This document shows, in pieces, positions 9,826 to 19,989 of a DNA stretch of 32,000 nucleotides (position 1 is its first letter; the number at the start of each line of letters is the position of its first letter). The stretch spans positions 2,784 through 34,783 of the forward strand of contig CAVTCR010000036.1 in the NCBI GenBank assembly GCA_963733195.1. Direction: 5' to 3'. The translations under genes were made by a program, and so were the position numbers. The notes beneath the pieces were generated by a model that searched no databases, was not told the DNA's origin, and saw only the letters and a list, made by a program, of their open reading frames with translations. The DNA is from an uncultured delta proteobacterium (GTDB lineage Bacteria; Desulfobacterota; Binatia; Bin18).

Positions 9826-10869
9826 ATGCGAGTTGGCATTAACGGGATGGGTCGGATCGGCCGCCTGGCGTTACGCGCCGCGATGGGTGGCCTGTGGCGG
9901 GCACCTGAAGACCCGCGCGCGGAGAATCGTCTCGATGATCGTGCATGTGAATGAACTGAAAGGCGGCGCCGAGGTAACCGCCCATCTCCTGGAGTTTGAC
10001 AGCCTCCACGGGCGCTGGCGGGAATGTTTTGGCGTCGCAGAGGACCAGGCCATCCATATTGGTAATCAGCGTATCGGATTCAGCGATGCGGCCACTGTAG
10101 ACGCCGTCCCTTGGGGTGACCTCGGCTGCGATATCGTGCTGGAATGCACAGGCAAATTCTTAAAGACCGAGCAACTCGACGGCTACTTCCGGCGCGGTGT
10201 TAAATGCGTCATCGTCGCGGCACCCGTGAAAGAGGCGAGGCACTTAATATCGTCGTTGGTGTCAATGACCATCTCTATGAGCCAGCAGCACCACCGGTTG
10301 CTTACGGCAGCTTCGTGCACCACAAATTGTCTCGCCCCGGTGGTGAAGGTGCTCCACGAGGCCATCGGCATCCGGCACGGCCAAATCACCACTATTCATG
10401 ACCCAACGAATACCAATGTCGTCGTTGATGCGCCTCATAAGGACCTGCGGCGTGCTCGCTCGGCGATGCTCTCACTCCAACCCACGACGACCGGCAGTGC
10501 AACCGCCATCGCGCTGATTTATCCCGAGCTCAAAGGCAAACTGAACGGCCATGCCGTGCGTGCGCCCGTGCTAAACGCGAGCCTGACAGACTGCGTGTTT
10601 GAAATGAAGCGGCCGGTCACGGCTGAGGAAGTCAACGGCTTGTTCCGTGCTGCCGCTGACGGGCCGCTCGCCGGTATTCTCGGGTTTGAGCCCCGTCCCT
10701 TGGTCTCGGCGGACTATATGAACGACACTCGTAGCTCAATTGTAGATGGCCCAAGCACGATGGTGACCGATGAGACATTACTCAAGGTGTATGCCTGGTA
10801 CGACAATGAGGTGGGCTACGCCTGCCGCATGGTCGACTCGCCAACATCGTTATGCAGAGGGGTGTCTAA
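9826..10869 (+). pseudogene. gapdh: Glyceraldehyde-3-phosphate dehydrogenase of the ars-associated type (partner of ArsJ), four frameshifts forming two compensated pairs
   Basis: [19 protein letters not shown] opens the protein, followed by [27 protein letters not shown]. The catalytic [14 protein letters not shown] and WYDNEVGYA are present. Frame excursions occur at about 9935, 10230, 10290 and 10840. The TAA at 10867-10869 overlaps the arsJ ATG (TAATG). Confidence 0.85.
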
Positions 10870-12102
10870 TGTCAGCAGTGCGTAATTACGCGATTGTCAC
10901 CGCGAGCTATTGGGGCTTCACCCTCACAGACGGTGCGCTCCGGACGCTGGTGCTGCTGCATTTCTACAGCCTCGGCTACACGCCGTTTACGTTGGCGTTT
11001 CTATTTCTCCTCTACGAAGCTGCCGGTATCTTTGCCAATCTCGGCGGCGGTTGGCTAGCCACCCGGTTTGGCATCCCACGTATGCTCATGACTGGGCTGA
11101 CTCTAGCAGATCACTGGCTTGCTGTTCCTCTCGGCCCTCGAACCCACCTGGAGTGCCGGCTTTTGCGGTCGCGTGGGTGGTCGCCGCGCAAGGAATTCAG
11201 GGGTGGCGAAAGATATCACCAAGACGGCCTCAAAATCCGCGATCAAGGCAACGTCGGAAGGTGGCTCGGGCCAGTTGTTCCGGTGGGTCGCCTGGTTCAC
11301 CGGGTCCAAGAATGCTATGAAAGGTGTGGGCTTTTTCTTCGGTGGCCTGCTCTTGGAAACCCTCGGCTTCCGGGGCGCCTTGTGGCTCATGGCTGGCGTG
11401 CTTGCGGTGCATTCTCATCGGTGTGACAGTGAGCCTCCCGCGCACCCTTGGCCAAGCCAAGGCATCAGAATCGGTCCGGGAATTGTTCGCGAAGTCACGT
11501 GCCATCAACCTGATGGCGGCTGCACGGATTTTCCTGTTCGGCTCACGGGATATCTGGTTCGTGGTGGGCCTGCCCGTGTTTCTCTACAGCCAGGGCTGGC
11601 GCTACCTGGAGGTGGCCGGATTCCTCGCAAGCTGGACCATTGGTTACGGCCTTGTGCAGGCCATTACGCCCTCGGTCATCCGCCGCAGTACAGACGGCTT
11701 ATCACGCGAGGTACCAGAGGCCCGGTTGTGGGGCGCAGTGCTGACCGCGATTCCACTTGGGCTCGCCTTTATGCTCAGCTACTTCTCAGTGGAGCGCCCC
11801 GACTCTCATCGATGACGGTAGGCCTTGGCCTGTTCGGTTTCGTGTTCGCTGTCATTTCCTCGCTGCATTCGTATTTAATTCTGGCCTATGCTGGATCAGA
11901 AAAGGCAGCCGAGGATGTGGGGTTCTATTACGCCGCCAACGCGGGGGGGCGACTGATGGGGATTGTGCTTTCCGGGGCACTCGCCCAGGCAGGCGGAATA
12001 GTCGCATGCCTATGGGGCTCAGCAATAATGCTCGCGCTGTGCCTTGCAATCACCTTCCTGCTGCCAACTGCCGTTGCGGTTTGGCGACCAGTTACAGCTT
12101 GA
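10869..12102 (+). pseudogene. arsJ: MFS permease ArsJ (1-arseno-3-phosphoglycerate efflux), about 5 frameshifts
   Basis: [40 protein letters not shown] opens the protein. Further pieces are FAVAWVVAAQGIQG, VAKDITKTASKSAIKATS, SKNAMKGVGFFFGGLLLE, LFGSRDIWFVVGLPVFL and SLHSYLILAYAGSEKAAEDVGFYYAANAGGRLMG. The gene is start-coupled to the ars-type GAPDH. This matches the GAPDH-ArsJ arsenate resistance pair described in Pseudomonas aeruginosa DK2. Confidence 0.8.
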
Positions 12103-12326
12103 CCGAACGCTGGAGTTTCTCGTTCAGCCGCAGGCCGCAACGTTTGTGGCTCCTTAGAGCTGCAGATGATGGCAGTTATGCTGTTGTCGTGTATATAAGA
12201 TGATGCGCACGGGATATTCGTGGTGGGACGTGGCCCAGTATGTCACAAATCTGTACCCTTTTCCTCTCCACCTTCATCTGACCGGAGGATTTGCATAGGT
12301 ATTGATAAGAATAAGAGGAGGACTAT

Positions 12327-13160
12327 ATGAGCACGGAGAACATCCGCGAGCTGGTGAAAGAGAAATACGGACAGGCAGCAGTGCAGGTGACACAGGGTGG
12401 CCGCGCCACGTGTGGCAATACCTGTTCTGGCAAAGATCCCATCACCTCGGATTTGTATCAGAGCGACGAAACCGGAACGTTGCCAGCAGCAGCCGTTGCC
12501 GCTTCGCTGGGATGTGGCAACCCCACAGCCCTGGCACAACTCAACCTCGGGGAGACAGTGTTGGATTTGGGCTCCGGCGGTGGCATCGATGTGCTGCTTT
12601 CTGCTAGGCGTGTCGGCCCGACTGGCAAAGCGTACGGACTCGACATGACGGAGGAGATGCTTGCCCTCGCCCGCGAGAACCAACGCAAGGCCGGAGTAGA
12701 GAATGTGGAATTTCTGCAGGGAGAAATCGAACAGATTCCACTGCCGGACAACTCGATTGATGTCATCATTTCCAACTGTGTCATCAATCTTTCCGGAGAT
12801 AAGGACCGAGTGTTGTCAGAAGCATTTCGCGTGCTGAAACCTGGTGGCCGTTTCGCGGTGTCCGATGTTGTTGTCCGAGGCGAGGTGCCCGCACCGATTC
12901 GCCGCGATATCGAGCTATGGATTGGTTGCGTGGCTGGTGCTCTAGAAGAACAGGAATACCGCATCAAGCTGGCCCAAGCAGGATTTCAGGAGATCGACGT
13001 GGAGCCAACCCGTATCTACCGTGTGGAAGACGCTCGGGAAATGCTGGCCGCCAGTGGTATTGATGTGGATGCCATCGCACCACTGGTCGAAGGAAAATTC
13101 ATGAGTGCCTTCGTACGTGCTCGCAAGCCAATATCGGAGTCCTTACATTCCCCCACATAA
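12327..13160 (+). CDS. arsM: Arsenite S-adenosylmethionine methyltransferase
   Basis: Intact 277-aa ORF with RBS AAGAGGAGGA. SAM motif [11 protein letters not shown] is present. Conserved As(III)-binding cysteines lie in LGCGNP, SNCVINL and IGCVAGA. Confidence 0.9.
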   Translation: MSTENIRELVKEKYGQAAVQVTQGGRATCGNTCSGKDPITSDLYQSDETGTLPAAAVAASLGCGNPTALAQLNLGETVLDLGSGGGIDVLLSARRVGPTGKAYGLDMTEEMLALARENQRKAGVENVEFLQGEIEQIPLPDNSIDVIISNCVINLSGDKDRVLSEAFRVLKPGGRFAVSDVVVRGEVPAPIRRDIELWIGCVAGALEEQEYRIKLAQAGFQEIDVEPTRIYRVEDAREMLAASGIDVDAIAPLVEGKFMSAFVRARKPISESLHSPT

Positions 13161-13354
13161 GACTCAACACTCATTCAGAGAAGAAACCGCTAACTTTCGC
13201 AGCATGGCCCGCTTCTTTTGCTGATGTCTTGCCCCACCGATTTTTCCATCGTCAAAAAGGATGAGGAGGCGTTTCTTTCCTAGGCGCTACAGCTTTTATC
13301 CACTGTCGTGTAGAGCTCCCTCACGTAGGAGATAGGCACGCGGCTGCTGCGTTG

Positions 13355-15019
13355 TCACACATCATTCGCCCGTGTTAACGCCCGTGCAATAAGCTGTTGC
13401 GCTTCTTCTTGGATCTGTTGTAGATGCTCTGCGCCGAGGAAGCTCTCGGTGTAGAGCTTGTAGATATTTTCCGTGCCGGATGGGCGCGCCGCAAACCACC
13501 CGTTGGCGGTCATCACTTTGAGCCCGCCAATCGCGCTGTTATTCCCAGGGGCGGTCGTTAGTACTGTTTGGATCTTTTCACCCGCAAGCGTATCGCTCGA
13601 TAATTGCTCTGGTGAGAGTCGTTGCAATTGCGCTTTCTGTTCTGCTGTGGCGGGAGCGTCGATACGTTCGTACACCGGATCACCATACTTATCCGCAAGG
13701 TCACGATAATACGCCCCTGGATCACGACCAGTTTTGGCCATGATCTCTGCCGCCAGAAGACCTAAGATGATGCCATCTTTGTCGGTTGTCCATACCGTCC
13801 CGTCACGGCGCAGAAAAGACGCTCCTGCACTCTCTTCACCACCGAACCCAAGCGTACCGCTCATCAACCCTTCGACGAACCACTTGAATCCCACCGGGGT
13901 CTCAATCAGCGGGCGACCAAGTTGGTTGGCGATACGATCGATCATGCTGCTACTGACCACTGTCTTTCCTACAGCCGCGTTTGCCTGCCAGTTCGGACGG
14001 TGCTGAAAAAGATAGGCAACGGCGACGGTCAGATAGTGGTTCGGATTCAACAGCCCTGCACTTCGAGTGACAATGCCGTGACGATCATGGTCAGGGTCAT
14101 TCGCCCAGGCGATGTCAAATCGGTCTTTGAGAGCGATCAAACTCGCCATGGCATAAGGGGAGGAACAATCCATGCGGATCCTCCCGTCCCAGTCTAGCGT
14201 CATGAACGAGAACGTTGGGTCGACCGAGTCGTGCATGACCGTAAGATCCAGTCCATAGTGTTCAGCAATTGCGCTCCAGTATGCAACCCCAGCACCACCC
14301 AACGGATCAGCGCCAAGCTTCAGCCCGGAGGCACGGATGATACTCATGTCCACGACGTTATTGAGGTCGGCAACATATGTCTGGAGATAGTCGTAACGTT
14401 GTGTCGTGGAGGTAACCCGAGCTTGTTCGTAGGGAATGCGTTTCACCTCATGAAGATTATGAGCAAGCAACATATTGGCCTGTGCCTCGATCCACTGCGT
14501 CACATGCGTGTCAGCTGGTCCGCCATGCGGCGGATTATATTTGAAGCCACCGTCCTCAGGTGGATTATGCGAGGGCGTGATCACGATCCCATCGGCAAGC
14601 TGACTCTTCCGTCCACGGTTGTAGGTGAGAATGGCATGAGAAATGACAGGGGTTGGAGTATAGCCGTCGTTGTTATCTATTCTTACCTCAACCCCATTTG
14701 CCGCCAGCACTTCCAGCGCCGTAGTAAAAGCAGGCTCAGAAAGGGCATGGGTATCCCTCCCTAGGAAAAGTGGACCGTTAATGTCGTGCTTCTGTCGGTA
14801 CCAGCAAATCGCCTGACTCACCGCCAGAATGTGGGCTTCGTTAAAAGAATGGGTAAACGCCGAGCCTCGGTGCCCTGAGGTGCCAAAGGCTACACGTTGC
14901 GCGGGCACTGCGGAGTCAGGATGACCAGTATAATAAGCGGAGATCAATTGTGGGACATTGATCAGCATTGTTGGTTCTGCACGAAGACCAGCTAACGGGC
15001 TGATGCGCGTCATGGCCAT
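13355..15019 (-). CDS. pgm: Phosphoglucomutase, alpha-D-glucose-phosphate specific (E. coli Pgm type)
   Basis: Conserved motifs are [49 protein letters not shown] and [10 protein letters not shown]. The start is chosen at [11 protein letters not shown] (ATG 15017-15019, RBS GAGGAG) by alignment logic with the Pgm N-terminus. The 43-codon upstream extension in the ORF track is not supported. Confidence 0.9.
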   Translation of the reverse strand: MAMTRISPLAGLRAEPTMLINVPQLISAYYTGHPDSAVPAQRVAFGTSGHRGSAFTHSFNEAHILAVSQAICWYRQKHDINGPLFLGRDTHALSEPAFTTALEVLAANGVEVRIDNNDGYTPTPVISHAILTYNRGRKSQLADGIVITPSHNPPEDGGFKYNPPHGGPADTHVTQWIEAQANMLLAHNLHEVKRIPYEQARVTSTTQRYDYLQTYVADLNNVVDMSIIRASGLKLGADPLGGAGVAYWSAIAEHYGLDLTVMHDSVDPTFSFMTLDWDGRIRMDCSSPYAMASLIALKDRFDIAWANDPDHDRHGIVTRSAGLLNPNHYLTVAVAYLFQHRPNWQANAAVGKTVVSSSMIDRIANQLGRPLIETPVGFKWFVEGLMSGTLGFGGEESAGASFLRRDGTVWTTDKDGIILGLLAAEIMAKTGRDPGAYYRDLADKYGDPVYERIDAPATAEQKAQLQRLSPEQLSSDTLAGEKIQTVLTTAPGNNSAIGGLKVMTANGWFAARPSGTENIYKLYTESFLGAEHLQQIQEEAQQLIARALTRANDV

Positions 15020-15247
15020 TGCTCCTCTGATGTCAGGGTTGCGTCTACATGATGACAGTTTAGCGGCACTCCTAAAAGAGCGTCTGCACCATTTCACGCT
15101 ACGAGAGTTTTGCACCCTCACAAGGGAACTGAGCTGTCGTACGTTCACGAGATCGCAACGAGACTAATATAAAAGTGCAACACAGTCAGTGTACGCATGC
15201 TCTCTTTGTGTTGCGTGATAAAAACCGACCAGATTTAAGGGAGAGCC

Positions 15248-15322
15248 GTAGACTTCACTGCGGTGCTGATCGTCGCCTCCAATCCGGTGGATGTGATGAC
15301 TGAGGTGATGGCTAGAAAGTAA
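15248..15322 (+). pseudogene. Possible lactate/malate dehydrogenase internal fragment (about 24 codons)
   Basis: VDFTAVLIVASNPVDVMTEVMARK* contains the LDH/MDH signature (V/A)SNPVD.MT. It is bounded upstream by TAA. The match is short, so a chance hit is possible. Confidence 0.3.
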
Positions 15323-15345
15323 GAAGCACAAAGGAAGGATGGTTA

Positions 15346-16074
15346 TTGACATCACCCGCAATAGCAACATTGCTTCTCTTGCCTGGACTTGACGGAACCG
15401 AGGTGTTTTTTCAACCCCTCATCGCTACCCTTCCAACATGGGTACGACCAGTAGTTGTGACGTTTCCAACTGCTGGAGCTAACGGGTACGCAGACTTGCT
15501 GCCACTCGCGGAAGCAGCAGTCGCAGATATTGATAACTTCTATATTCTTGGCTGGTCGTTTTCCGGGCCGTTGGCGCTTATGCTTGCTGCAAAAGAACCA
15601 CAGCGGACACGAGGAGTGATCCTCAGCGCATCGTTCATCCGTCCTCCGTTACCCATTTTACCGTGGGTTCGCTTTGCCATCGGTACACCTATAGTGACTC
15701 TTATTCGGCTGGCTCGGCGGACTCCTGGTCTCATACCTGGCCGTTGGTCAGAACAGTTCAAGCGCGACAAGGCAGCCACATGGGGGCGAGTTCCCGCAGA
15801 GGTTCTGGCCGCTCGTGCACAGGCTATCCTGACAGTCGATGCGCGCGATGCTCTGTGTGCCTGCTCTGCACCGATACTCTATATAGCCGGGTCACACGAT
15901 CGCGTCGTGCCGCACCGGAATGCTGAGGCAATAATCCGGGAGGGGTCGAAAACACAAATAGTGATTATCAAAGGTTCTCACTTGGCGATGTATACAAATC
16001 CAGCGGCAGCAGCCACAGCCATTACTGGTTTTCTGCAAGTTCACGTCGGCTCCTATTCTACAAGCTTTGAGTAA
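15346..16074 (+). CDS. Alpha/beta-fold hydrolase (esterase/lipase-like)
   Basis: Intact 242-aa ORF with a TTG start after AAGGAAGGA. The nucleophile elbow is GWSFSG. Candidate Asp is in GSHDRVV and candidate His in KGSHLAM. Confidence 0.75.
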   Translation: MTSPAIATLLLLPGLDGTEVFFQPLIATLPTWVRPVVVTFPTAGANGYADLLPLAEAAVADIDNFYILGWSFSGPLALMLAAKEPQRTRGVILSASFIRPPLPILPWVRFAIGTPIVTLIRLARRTPGLIPGRWSEQFKRDKAATWGRVPAEVLAARAQAILTVDARDALCACSAPILYIAGSHDRVVPHRNAEAIIREGSKTQIVIIKGSHLAMYTNPAAAATAITGFLQVHVGSYSTSFE

Positions 16075-16265
16075 TCAGCGGGAGCAGTCCATTCGTTTCC
16101 CTATCACAAACAGCGCTACCAAATCTTCACACGCCGGTAACGCGGGCGACACATTCATCCTATACACTTTATCAAAATACATACTTCGTGCTTAATGGAG
16201 TGAATACGACATACTTTAGCATTGCTCATCTGACAAAACGCTTTGTTACTCGGCCTGCTGCGATT

Positions 16266-17474
16266 ATGAAAGCGCCTCAGCGAGCAGTTCCTCGTCGCCA
16301 TCTCTGTATCGTCACTGAAACGTACCCACCAGAAGTCAATGGTGTTGCCATTACCGTGGCGCGCTTGGTGGACGGACTGCGAGCGCGGGGGCATATGGTG
16401 TCAGTTATACGGCCACGCCAGCGCATCGCCGATGGTTATGGCGGAGGGATCGACTTCAGAGTGACACTCGTGCGGGGTTTGCCGTTGCTTGGGCACACGG
16501 GGGTACAGTTTGGTCTGCCAGCGGGCCGCATGCTCAGCCGCTCGTGGACCCGATGCCGTCCCGATGCTATCTATGTAGCGACAGAGGGGCCGTTAGGCTG
16601 GTCGGCGATGCGTACTGCGCGACGGTTGAGCATTCCGGTCCTGAGCGGCTTTCACACCAATTTTCACAGCTACTCACAGTACTATCGTGCAGGTTGGTTG
16701 CAACCAGTGATCCTGCGTTACCTGTGCGCGTTTCATAATCAAACACAGGGGACATTGGTCCCCAGTAAAGAACTCCAGGCTCAGTTGCAGGAGCTTGGTA
16801 TACACAACGTCCATCTCCTGGCACGCGGAGTTGACACTCAGCTCTTTCATCCTGAGCGCCGCAGTGCCGCAGTGAGAGCTCAATGGGGCGTGGGTGAACA
16901 CGACGTGGCTGCTCTCTACGTGGGCCGAGTAGCACCAGAGAAAAACTTGCGGCTGGCGGTAGCTGCTTACCAGGCCATGCAACAGTACAGCAATTCTGTG
17001 AAGTTCGTCATTGTTGGTGACGGTCCCTTCCGTGCCACTCTCCAAAAGGAACACCCCGACATCCGTTTTTGTGGGCTACTCACTGGCGAGCGGTTGGCTA
17101 CGCATTATGCTTCAGCGGACGTATTTCTTTTCCCCAGCGAAACCGAAACCTTTGGCAACGTCACCTTGGAAGCACTGGCAAGCGGGCTGGCGGTTGTTGC
17201 GTATAACTATGCCGCCGCCAAGATGCACATCGTGCAGGGCAAGACGGGAATCTTGGTCCCATATGGCGATGCCAGTGGCTTCGTCGAGGCAGCCGCTCAG
17301 CTTGTTCGTGAGCCAAAGTTACTCACCTCAATACGACGACAGGCACGGACAGCCGTTGCCGCGGTCGATTGGCAGCGTGTGATCGAACGATTTGAAACGC
17401 TACTGGTGAACGCGCATGTGCAACATCGTGCCGTTGAGACCCCGTCGCCCATGCACCAAAGGATGGCAACCTAA
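16266..17474 (+). CDS. GT4-family (GT-B) glycosyltransferase, Agt/SqdX-like
   Basis: The N-terminus is LCIVTETYPPEVNGVAITVARLV. The C-terminal donor-binding region is FLFPSETETFGNVTLEALASGLAVVA. The start ATG at 16266 is chosen by the usual distance to the first beta-strand; GTG at 16188 is an alternative. Confidence 0.85.
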   Translation: MKAPQRAVPRRHLCIVTETYPPEVNGVAITVARLVDGLRARGHMVSVIRPRQRIADGYGGGIDFRVTLVRGLPLLGHTGVQFGLPAGRMLSRSWTRCRPDAIYVATEGPLGWSAMRTARRLSIPVLSGFHTNFHSYSQYYRAGWLQPVILRYLCAFHNQTQGTLVPSKELQAQLQELGIHNVHLLARGVDTQLFHPERRSAAVRAQWGVGEHDVAALYVGRVAPEKNLRLAVAAYQAMQQYSNSVKFVIVGDGPFRATLQKEHPDIRFCGLLTGERLATHYASADVFLFPSETETFGNVTLEALASGLAVVAYNYAAAKMHIVQGKTGILVPYGDASGFVEAAAQLVREPKLLTSIRRQARTAVAAVDWQRVIERFETLLVNAHVQHRAVETPSPMHQRMAT

Positions 17475-17523
17475 ATGGAACTACAGAACATTCGTACACT
17501 TTACCGGTCGGCCCCACGGGCGT

Positions 17524-17620
17524 GTCATTCTGAGCCCTTCGACAGGCTCACCTGTGCCTGCGGCACTGGCGCAGGCAGGACAGGTCTCTGTGAGAGACTC
17601 TTCGTTTCCCTCAGGGTGAC
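17524..17620. repeat. Structured REP-like intergenic element
   Basis: The head GTCATTCTGAGC (17524-17535) partly pairs with CCTCAGGGTGAC (17609-17620). Internal stems are tgcctgcg/cgcaggca and gtctct/agagac. The head is related to the elements at 1344 and about 6886. Confidence 0.3.
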
Positions 17621-17682
17621 AACTCTGGGGCGCTGATATTTTGAGGTCTGATTTAGTTGCAACCGGAAGGAGGACTCTCGTA

Positions 17683-19989
17683 ATGGTGGTGGAAGAAGCG
17701 TTGCACAGATGGGCTGCGTGTTTTGGCTTGCCGGCGACCGCGGTTTGTCAGGTGGAATCCGGAGATGGATGGATTCTCCTTGGGTTAGTAGTAGTCGTCT
17801 CGTTCATCACTTTCGCGGGGAGGAAACTTCTCACCGCCATCGTTACCATACGGGCGCTGGCAATAACACCTCTGCTCTCACGGATAGTGTCAAAGTGGGT
17901 CAAATCACGTAATTTCTCTGATGAGGAGTTTTTTCACGCCGACGGAGCAGGGGAGGAGTGGCGCGGCCGCCGTAAACATGCGCTTGACCGTTTAGCTAAC
18001 CTCTTACAAACCCGTTGCGCCAAGTCCATTGCCTGGGGAGATGCGATCCGCGAGAGTTTTTCTGATTTGCGTTTTACCGATGCCAATCGAGTACCTTTTC
18101 CCTTTATGCGACTGATGCGCGAGAAGTTTAATCTCTGCTCGGTGGTTACTGCTTCACAGGGGCCGAAATTGCGCGATATCGATGGCCACTGGACCTTGGA
18201 TGTCAGTGGTTCCTACGGACTCAATGTCGCAGGTTTTGACCGTTACAAAGAATGGATGGACAAAGGATGGGAACGGGTGAAGGACCTTGGGCCGGTGTTG
18301 GGGCCACTGCATCCGGTGGTGGCTGAAAATATCACTTTACTCAAATCCGTGGCGAAAATGGACGAGGTGTCCTTTCACATGAGTGGTACCGAGGCCGTTA
18401 TGGCCGCGGTACGACTGGCACGGTTTAACACGCGCCGGAAGTTGATCGTCTGTTTTTCAGGCGCCTATCACGGCTGGTGGGATGGCGTGCAGCCGGGGTT
18501 AGGAAGTGAACGGGCGATTGACGATTGCCTTACGCTGAAGGATATGCATCCGGCATCACTGCAGGTTATTCGCTGGCGCGCGAAAGAAATTGCCGGGGTG
18601 CTGGTCAATCCACTGCAATCGTTTCATCCGAATACGCCGCCTCCAAGTGATACGGTCCTGCTCACCAGCGAGATGCGCAAAACCCAGGAGTCTACTGCCG
18701 CGTATGCCCAGTGGCTGCACGAACTCCGCGAGGTCTGTCGCGCGTGTGATATTCCGCTCATCTTTGATGAAGTGTACACCGGCTTTCGCCTCGCACCGGG
18801 TGGGGCGCAAGAATACTTCGGTGTACAGGCTGACATCGTTGTCTATGGCAAGACCGTCGCCGGAGGCATGCCCATTGGCGTCGTCTGTGGAAAGAAGCAG
18901 CTCATGCGGCGCTTTGATCCAGCCCACCCTATGCGCATTGCCTACGTCATCGGAACATTTTCGGCTCATCCGCTGGTAATGGGCGCGATGAACGAATTTT
19001 TGCAATGGGCGGTCCAACCTACGACGGCACGTTTGTATGACACGACCAGGCAACAGTGCGAGCAGTGGGTACACGCGACCAATCAGAAACTGGCCGAGGC
19101 AGCGTTACCGCTGCGGGTGATGCACTTTGCTACGGTATGGACCGTGCTGTTTCAGGAACCGAGTCGTTATAACTGGTTGTTTCAGTACTACCTGCGTGCT
19201 GAAGGAATCACTTTGAGTTGGGTGGGTACCGGACGCTGTCTGAATAGCATGGACTTCACGGCGGACGACTATCAGGAACTGCAGGAGAAGATCCTCAACG
19301 CTGCCACCAGTATGCAGCGTGATGGATGGTGGTTGACGGAAGAGCAACAACCCGGAAGGGAAAAAACGATGCGCACGCGCCTCCTCTGGGAAATGGTGGG
19401 AAGTCTGATCCAGGTGCCTGCTCCGATTAAAAGCTTTTACGCGGAAGTGATGCGTCGTAAGCATGACGATCATGTTGCCTCTCACAGCAACAGTATCAAC
19501 CAATTCTTTCACCTGCTGAGTTCCAGTGTGTTCATTTATTGTTATGGTTTGGTCTTTTGGGATCTCACCCAGGCGATGTGTCTGGGATTAGCTGCACTAT
19601 TTGTGCGACAGATTGGGCATGCGGTCTTAGAGCCCCCGTGCCACGATAAAGAAGCCCTGCTCTTGGGTTTTACGACACCCAATAAAACCTTGATCGTGGC
19701 TGGCTATTTGCTGGTTCCCCTCCTCCATCTTGTCAGTGCAGGTTCCCTGAGCCTTGCGACCTTGACCGCAATAGTGCCCACAGTCGCGCAACAGTGGTTC
19801 TTCCTGACACTGGCCGCTGTGTTGGGACACGTGGCGTATTTGTTGTGGAAGTACGATGTTCGCAGTGCGATAATTTGGTTGGTAAAACTCGTTACAGACC
19901 CACTGACCGACATCGGCGCCTATTACTCCAGCCCGGCGCGATTATTCCGACTGTCCCAGACCCACGTTCAGAAAGGAGAAACGGCATGA
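17683..19989 (+). CDS. Fusion protein: N-terminal TM anchor, class-III PLP aminotransferase (glutamate-1-semialdehyde aminomutase-like), and a C-terminal Mpo1/DUF962-like polytopic membrane domain
   Basis: Intact 768 aa from the ATG at 17683, after GGAAGGAGGA. The TM helix is WILLGLVVVVSFITFAG. The aminotransferase fold is marked by FHMSGTEAVMAAVRLAR, IFDEVYTGFRLAPGG and VVYGKTVAGGMPIG (candidate PLP lysine). The C-terminal roughly 200 aa are hydrophobic and carry HSNSINQFFH (H-x4-N-x3-H) and RQIGHAVLEPP motifs. Confidence 0.8.
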   Translation: MVVEEALHRWAACFGLPATAVCQVESGDGWILLGLVVVVSFITFAGRKLLTAIVTIRALAITPLLSRIVSKWVKSRNFSDEEFFHADGAGEEWRGRRKHALDRLANLLQTRCAKSIAWGDAIRESFSDLRFTDANRVPFPFMRLMREKFNLCSVVTASQGPKLRDIDGHWTLDVSGSYGLNVAGFDRYKEWMDKGWERVKDLGPVLGPLHPVVAENITLLKSVAKMDEVSFHMSGTEAVMAAVRLARFNTRRKLIVCFSGAYHGWWDGVQPGLGSERAIDDCLTLKDMHPASLQVIRWRAKEIAGVLVNPLQSFHPNTPPPSDTVLLTSEMRKTQESTAAYAQWLHELREVCRACDIPLIFDEVYTGFRLAPGGAQEYFGVQADIVVYGKTVAGGMPIGVVCGKKQLMRRFDPAHPMRIAYVIGTFSAHPLVMGAMNEFLQWAVQPTTARLYDTTRQQCEQWVHATNQKLAEAALPLRVMHFATVWTVLFQEPSRYNWLFQYYLRAEGITLSWVGTGRCLNSMDFTADDYQELQEKILNAATSMQRDGWWLTEEQQPGREKTMRTRLLWEMVGSLIQVPAPIKSFYAEVMRRKHDDHVASHSNSINQFFHLLSSSVFIYCYGLVFWDLTQAMCLGLAALFVRQIGHAVLEPPCHDKEALLLGFTTPNKTLIVAGYLLVPLLHLVSAGSLSLATLTAIVPTVAQQWFFLTLAAVLGHVAYLLWKYDVRSAIIWLVKLVTDPLTDIGAYYSSPARLFRLSQTHVQKGETA

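Noticed and set aside
15025-15057. Pho-box-like CTGTCAT..CTGACAT on the minus strand just upstream of pgm
   Set aside because: The units are 22 bp apart with a poor middle unit, and the site overlaps the RBS region instead of a -35 position. It is likely coincidental. It is mentioned under the phoX promoter finding only as a weak candidate.
15020-15148. 43-codon N-terminal extension of pgm given by the ORF track
   Set aside because: The Pgm N-terminus aligns from [21 protein letters not shown] precedes that ATG, and the extension is Arg/Ser-rich with no homology.
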